Positions 59,401-64,000 of a DNA stretch of 64,000 bases are shown here, one piece after another. Within the stretch, counting starts at the first letter, position 1. Each line of letters begins with the position of its first letter. Source of the DNA: Rhodothermales bacterium (lineage in GTDB: Bacteria; Bacteroidota; Rhodothermia; Rhodothermales; VXPQ01). A program made the translations under genes and the position numbers. The notes beneath the pieces were generated by a model. That model did no database searches. It worked only from the letters and a program-made list of their open reading frames with translations, and had not been told where the DNA came from. Location of the stretch: positions 51,524 through 115,523 of the forward strand of contig JBBDTI010000054.1 of the NCBI GenBank assembly GCA_040904565.1, read 5' to 3'.

Positions 59401-61650
59401 ATGGACTCACCGATCGAAGCGGCCGGACGCGTAGGAGCTCATTCCGTGAAGGCGGGAACGGATGCGGCCGCATGCACGGCGGCTGTGATGCTTCATTTCG
59501 GCGTGGCCGCACCTTTCATCGAGCCGGCAGGAGGCACGCTGCTGGATCTTTACAATTGCCTCGCCGGCTGCGACCTCGACGTCCACGCGTACGCTGGAAC
59601 CGTTGCCGGACTCCGGGAAATGGAAGGCCCCAGCATCCTCCTGCTCGATGAGCCGGAGGGAGGCGTGCGCCCGGTCGTGTGTTTCGGCGTCGAGGCCGGA
59701 AGTTTCGTCGTTCTCGACGTGCGCAGCGGGGCCCAACCGTATACGGCGTCGGAACTCGTCTCCAGGTGGACGACGCGCGCCATACTTCACGTCGCCGGTG
59801 TTCGTTCTCGAACCGTGGGTCGGTTTCGTTCCTTCGATGTGACGTGGGCCCGATTCGGTCGAGAGCGGGCCTGCGTACGTGCGAACCGGACGAATACGAT
59901 TACGGTAGTGTCGGGAGTCGAGCTGCGTCAGTTGCTTGCCGCCGGCGTCTTCCGCACCGCCAGGGCGCATGAAGCGAATGCCTGCTCGGCCATACGAGCA
60001 CGTGATCCCGAAGGCGATGCGGGTAGCACCTCGGAGACGATCGAGCGGTGGATCCGCGACGGCCTGCTCGTCGATGAAGAACACCTCCAGAAGGAAGTGG
60101 GTGGATGTCGCTGCGATACAGACGCCTCAGCACGCCGGGAGGCCCGCGTGACCGTAATCGGCATTCCGACGCGGAATCGCAGCCACGCCGCGATGCGCGC
60201 ACTCCGCAGCTATCTGCTGGATCTGCAGACGCACGGCCGAAAGCTACGGATGTCCATTGCGGATGCCTCCGGGGCGGCCGGCCAGCAAGAGCTGCGCGCC
60301 GGAATCGAGGGGCTGCGGGTCGAGTTCGGGATGCATGTCGAACATCTGGACGACGCGTGGAAGCGCCGCACCATCGATCATCTGGCGAGTCGCACTGACT
60401 GTCCACGCGACACGCTGACGTTCGCCCTGTTCGGCCATCCGGGATGCTCGACGAACTTCGGGGCGAACAGAAACGCGCTCCTGCTGGATTCGGCCGGGGA
60501 GCTGTCGCTGCAGGTAGATGACGATACGAAGGTTCCCGTTCTGCCCGTTCCGGCCTCTCGGCCCGGCATCGACATCTCGTCGTCCTTCGATCCGAACGCC
60601 TACTGGTTCGAGGAGCCCCAAGATGAATCGCGGCGGACCGACCCGGTGGATTTCGTGCGTCTCCACGAAGACCTCCTCGGGCGAGACGCAGCGTCGATTC
60701 TGGCCGATTACGATTGGAACGAGATCGGCGTAGATCATCTCGAGCCTCTGCTTCTTCGCCGGCTCGTTCGAGGTGATTCGACGGTCGGAATTACGTTTCT
60801 CGGCACGGACGGTGACACCGGCTCGGCGACGAATGCCTGGAAGTTGTTTCTGGAGGGAGACTCACTCGCTCGCCTGCTACACGCCGGCTACGACGGCCGT
60901 GTCCGGCGTCGAGAAGGTCTCCGAACGGTCGCGCGCCGGACGGTGAGCGACGGCACCTTTTGCTCAGGTATGAACGTGGGACTGGACCATCGTGACACGC
61001 TCGCCCCATTCATGCCGTCCGGCCGGAACGAAGACGGCGTGTTCAGTGCCGTGATGGCGGCCTGCTTTCCGCAGACGCTGAGAGGGTTCAGAGAAGGCTA
61101 TGCGCTTCGCCACGCCCCCGTCGATCGACGCGCACCTTACGATAGACCCGTCCGCTTCGAGGGGCTTCGCAGCAACGATCTCATCGTACTGCTCGCGCAA
61201 GATCTTGCCGCAACCCGACCGTCCGGGGTCGCTTCAGGTCTCGGGTGGCTCGGTCAGCGGTTCCACGGAATGGCCCGGCTCGCGCAGGACGAGTTCGACG
61301 AAATCTGCTGCGGCTTAGCCCTGAAGAGCGTTTCGGCCGCGGCGATGCAGGTCGAGCAGTCGATCGCCTGCTACGGTAGATGTTCGCCGGAGTACGGCGC
61401 TGACCTGTACGCCTACCTTGAATCGATGGAAGCCTACGTACTGGGCGGTGCAGCGGGAATCCCGACCGACTTGGATGGGAGTGCTCGGGAACGATCCGTC
61501 CTCTTTCGAGACCTCGTCGGGCATTACGGCGAGCTGCTTATACATTGGCCCGACATCATACGCTGTGCCGGATCATCCAACACAATCGATCGGGCCGCGC
61601 ACGGCACTACGTCCGCCAGTGCGGGATCAGATCCGACACGGATCCACTAA
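59401..61650 (+). CDS. Putative RiPP-modifying enzyme: inactive C39-like domain + RRE-like domain + GT-A (GT2-like) glycosyltransferase domain
   Basis: N-terminal C39-like pattern; 'TIERWIRDGLLV' winged-helix end; 'VIGIPTRNR', 'IADAS', 'GANRNALL', 'VDDD', 'GRNEDGVF'; adjacent to GG-leader peptides. Confidence 0.7.
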   Translation: MDSPIEAAGRVGAHSVKAGTDAAACTAAVMLHFGVAAPFIEPAGGTLLDLYNCLAGCDLDVHAYAGTVAGLREMEGPSILLLDEPEGGVRPVVCFGVEAGSFVVLDVRSGAQPYTASELVSRWTTRAILHVAGVRSRTVGRFRSFDVTWARFGRERACVRANRTNTITVVSGVELRQLLAAGVFRTARAHEANACSAIRARDPEGDAGSTSETIERWIRDGLLVDEEHLQKEVGGCRCDTDASARREARVTVIGIPTRNRSHAAMRALRSYLLDLQTHGRKLRMSIADASGAAGQQELRAGIEGLRVEFGMHVEHLDDAWKRRTIDHLASRTDCPRDTLTFALFGHPGCSTNFGANRNALLLDSAGELSLQVDDDTKVPVLPVPASRPGIDISSSFDPNAYWFEEPQDESRRTDPVDFVRLHEDLLGRDAASILADYDWNEIGVDHLEPLLLRRLVRGDSTVGITFLGTDGDTGSATNAWKLFLEGDSLARLLHAGYDGRVRRREGLRTVARRTVSDGTFCSGMNVGLDHRDTLAPFMPSGRNEDGVFSAVMAACFPQTLRGFREGYALRHAPVDRRAPYDRPVRFEGLRSNDLIVLLAQDLAATRPSGVASGLGWLGQRFHGMARLAQDEFDEICCGLALKSVSAAAMQVEQSIACYGRCSPEYGADLYAYLESMEAYVLGGAAGIPTDLDGSARERSVLFRDLVGHYGELLIHWPDIIRCAGSSNTIDRAAHGTTSASAGSDPTRIH

Positions 61651-61668
61651 CCAAACGAGGTGAACGTC

Positions 61669-61872
61669 ATGAGAGAATTAACAGCAGAAGAGATGGTTCT
61701 CGTCGGCGGCGGACCTTGCGGCGGCGCATGGTCGTCGATCGCCGTCGAATCCACCTTCATGGCAGCAGCCGGATTCGTCGGATTCGGGCTAAGCATGGGT
61801 AATCCGGGCGCTGCAATCTTTAGCGCCGGACTCGGGCTGAAGCTTGGCGGCTTGATCTGCCGCTCCTCCTGA
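61669..61872 (+). CDS. RiPP/bacteriocin precursor 1 (67 aa, double-glycine leader)
   Basis: GAGGTG RBS at 61657-62; leader MRELTAEEMVLVGG; hydrophobic Gly/Ala core with a Cys near each end. Confidence 0.85.
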   Translation: MRELTAEEMVLVGGGPCGGAWSSIAVESTFMAAAGFVGFGLSMGNPGAAIFSAGLGLKLGGLICRSS

Positions 61873-61933
61873 CGGCCGTCGATCTCATCATCAGGATCTG
61901 AAGACAGACTCTAACTTAGACGGGGTATGAATC

Positions 61934-62137
61934 ATGAAAACGATGCACGAAGCTGAGCTGGCGCAACTGGAAGCGGGAAGCCGCAACTGCGGGAATAGAT
62001 GGCAAACCCTGTGGGTCACGTCCACGTGCTCACTGGCCGGTGGACTTATCGGACTCGCGGGTGGGCCTCTTGGGGCCTCAATCGGCTCACTGACCGGCCG
62101 GGCCGCCTGTGAATGGATCTGCCACTACGCATCCTGA
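61934..62137 (+). CDS. RiPP/bacteriocin precursor 2 (67 aa, GG-variant leader)
   Basis: Leader MKTMHEAELAQLEAG; core with four Cys and a glycine zipper; homologous to precursor 1. Confidence 0.8.
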   Translation: MKTMHEAELAQLEAGSRNCGNRWQTLWVTSTCSLAGGLIGLAGGPLGASIGSLTGRAACEWICHYAS

Positions 62138-62156
62138 TCCGGTGCGCCCTGACCGG

Positions 62157-62189
62157 GTGCGGGCCCGGTACGTTCGACCGGGCCCGCAC
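62157..62189 (+). terminator. Strong stem-loop after the precursor genes
   Basis: gtgcgggcccggt-acgttcg-accgggcccgcac: perfect 13-bp stem, no U-tract. Confidence 0.7.
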
Positions 62190-62238
62190 ACCATTCCCGC
62201 GCACCAGTCCTGCACCACGCCAACCCCCTGCGCCGCTC

Positions 62239-62955
62239 GTGAACGCATCCATTATCATCTCCTTCTGGCGCCACCAGTACCTCCGGGCCGTGCGCGCCGG
62301 CTCGGCGGCTGGACTGTTGCTCCGGATCGGTTTTGTAACACTTTCCTTGTTGACGGTCGCAGGGATTGTCTGGACGTCTGTCGTGGTGCTGCCGCATCTG
62401 GATGCCATGACCGCGATTCAGCGGGCCGTAGGCGGATTTATGAGAGACTACCTCGTCGTCGTGGCCATGGCGCTGTTCGCAGGCAACCTCTGGCTATCCT
62501 CCTCGTCGCCATTTGACGCAGCCGCCTACCGTTACCTCCCTATCTCGATTCTTAGCGTCGCGCTTATGGTTCAGGCGGCTCGATTGATGAACGCTAGATA
62601 TGCTACGCTGGGAGGAGGCCTCACGTGGCTTCAATTTGTCGTTGCCGGCGAAGGGCATTGGGGGCACGTCGCTGTCGCCGCGACGGTAGTTGTCATCCTC
62701 GATGCGGCGTCGATTATTGTTTCAAGCTCCCGGAGGCAGCGAGGTGCCGCGGCGTTCGCGCCGGGAATCATCTTTGCCGTCATCATCGTGCTCGATATGA
62801 TAACGGAGCACGCGTTGAGTGGCCGCGCGTACGAGTGGCTATTTGCCGTCGATTCTCCGGTGCGTGACGTTCCCATACGAATGGCCGCTATCGGCGGCTT
62901 GCTGGTCTGGTTCGCCAACGGCGTGATTCAAAATGACCTGAGGTACGCGACATGA
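62239..62955 (+). CDS. ABC exporter membrane subunit, resembling the N-terminal half of DUF5687
   Basis: About six TMs; 'AYRYLPI'; start placed at GTG 62239, after the hairpin. Confidence 0.6.
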   Translation: MNASIIISFWRHQYLRAVRAGSAAGLLLRIGFVTLSLLTVAGIVWTSVVVLPHLDAMTAIQRAVGGFMRDYLVVVAMALFAGNLWLSSSSPFDAAAYRYLPISILSVALMVQAARLMNARYATLGGGLTWLQFVVAGEGHWGHVAVAATVVVILDAASIIVSSSRRQRGAAAFAPGIIFAVIIVLDMITEHALSGRAYEWLFAVDSPVRDVPIRMAAIGGLLVWFANGVIQNDLRYAT

Positions 62956-63653
62956 TCGACCTGCGCGCCCCCATGCTCCAGGAGCTGGTCAAGGAGGAAC
63001 TGAGGCTCATTCTTCGCAACCGAACGACCCGCTATGTCTTCGTTGCGTTTCCGCTCGTCCTGTCGGCGACGATGATCGGTATTCTGTGGATGCCGGACGA
63101 CATTTCCGATCACGCACCGATGCTGTTTATGGTGAGTGTCTACACGCCGCTGACGTATCTCTCACTTGCAGTTTCGTGGAATGCAACGCACGCCGACGCA
63201 CTGTTCGGCCTGCCCCTATCCACCGACATGCACGTTCGAGCGCGGCTCCTCGCAGCGGGGGTGCTCTCTATACCTGTTGGACTCCTGCTGACTGCGATGA
63301 CGGCCATGATGAACGTTGAGCTCGTTTTGCTTCCGGCCGCCGCGACCATGTTCTCACTATCGGCGGCGGGACTGCCCGTCCTCTTCGTTGCCGTCCGCTA
63401 TCCCAGCCGCTTCGACGTTAATGCACCACCGTTCGCGGACTTTCGCAAATTCAGGTGGCCGCATTACCTGGTTATGATATCCGTTTTTGCACCCGCCTGG
63501 GTACTGAGCGCCTTCCTTACGAACGGACAGTTCATTCTCGCGATAGCGGGGGTCAGCCTTCTTGCTGCGCCCGCCGTTCCCTACATGCACCGACGAACGG
63601 CAGCCAAACTGACGAAAAGCGTGCCTGCTATCTGCAGGCTCTACCGGAGATGA
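62952..63653 (+). CDS. ABC exporter membrane subunit, resembling the C-terminal half of DUF5687
   Basis: 'ELRLILRNR', 'SWNATH..LFGLPL', about six TMs; ATGA overlap with the previous gene. Confidence 0.65.
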   Translation: MIDLRAPMLQELVKEELRLILRNRTTRYVFVAFPLVLSATMIGILWMPDDISDHAPMLFMVSVYTPLTYLSLAVSWNATHADALFGLPLSTDMHVRARLLAAGVLSIPVGLLLTAMTAMMNVELVLLPAAATMFSLSAAGLPVLFVAVRYPSRFDVNAPPFADFRKFRWPHYLVMISVFAPAWVLSAFLTNGQFILAIAGVSLLAAPAVPYMHRRTAAKLTKSVPAICRLYRR

Positions 63654-63690
63654 AAGGCGCATCGATCCATCCATAACCGTGCATCGGGCC

Positions 63691-64000
63691 ATGGTGACGA
63701 CATTTCGGGACTTTGAAAAGCGATATGACGACGGATTCACGCTGAGCATTCCGTGTCTCGAATTCAGAAGCGGACAGCGCGTCGGTCTCGTAGGCAACAA
63801 CGGGGCCGGTAAGACGACGCTGCTCCTGAGCATGCTCGGACTGCTGCGGTTTCAGAAGGGCGACGTCCTGGTCGATGGGCGCTCCGTTCGATCGTTCGAT
63901 GTAGGCTGGCGGTCCCAGTCGGCTGCCTATTTAGGCGAGTCGTCGCTCATACCCTTTCTGACTCCCTGGGAGTTCTGGCAGTTCGTCGGTGATGCGTACG
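63691..64000 (+). CDS. ABC transporter ATP-binding protein (truncated by window end)
   Basis: Manual translation MVTTFRDFEKRYDDGFTLSIPCLEFRSGQRVGLVGNNGAGKTT... contains a Walker A motif. Confidence 0.9.
   Translation, partial: MVTTFRDFEKRYDDGFTLSIPCLEFRSGQRVGLVGNNGAGKTTLLLSMLGLLRFQKGDVLVDGRSVRSFDVGWRSQSAAYLGESSLIPFLTPWEFWQFVGDAY

Noticed and set aside
59401-59796. Active C39 leader peptidase
   Set aside because: The catalytic Cys and His positions appear substituted.
59401-62137. Lanthipeptide, sactipeptide or YcaO-type cluster suggested by Cys/Ser/Thr-rich cores
   Set aside because: No LanB/C/M, radical-SAM CxxxCxxC or YcaO motifs were seen in the window; genes beyond 64000 cannot be excluded.

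Overview
GC-rich bacterial chromosomal window. Two T9SS C-terminal sorting domains plus several 'PVC-type' dehydrogenases suggest Rhodothermota/FCB group (inference). Most of it is accessory catabolic and envelope genes: MFS and tripartite tricarboxylate transporters, Gfo/Idh/MocA oxidoreductases, three membrane-bound-dehydrogenase (TIGR02604-like) paralogs, an M81 peptidase, a sulfatase, an aminotransferase/omega-amidase pair, a HlyD-VTC-DUF4956 operon converging on a large secreted CotH/lamin-tail protein, UPF0182, an RNA methyltransferase, Ogt, SprT, ArsR/SRPBCC and a PIF1-like helicase. The standout is at the right end (59401-64000): an apparently undescribed RiPP/bacteriocin cluster. It encodes a 749-aa enzyme with an inactive C39-like domain, an RRE-like domain and a GT-A (GT2-like) domain, then two homologous 67-aa Cys-containing double-glycine-type precursor peptides, a strong hairpin, and an ABC exporter that runs off the window edge. 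No rRNA, tRNA, CRISPR array or transposase was recognised. All family calls are from motif recognition by eye, not database searches.
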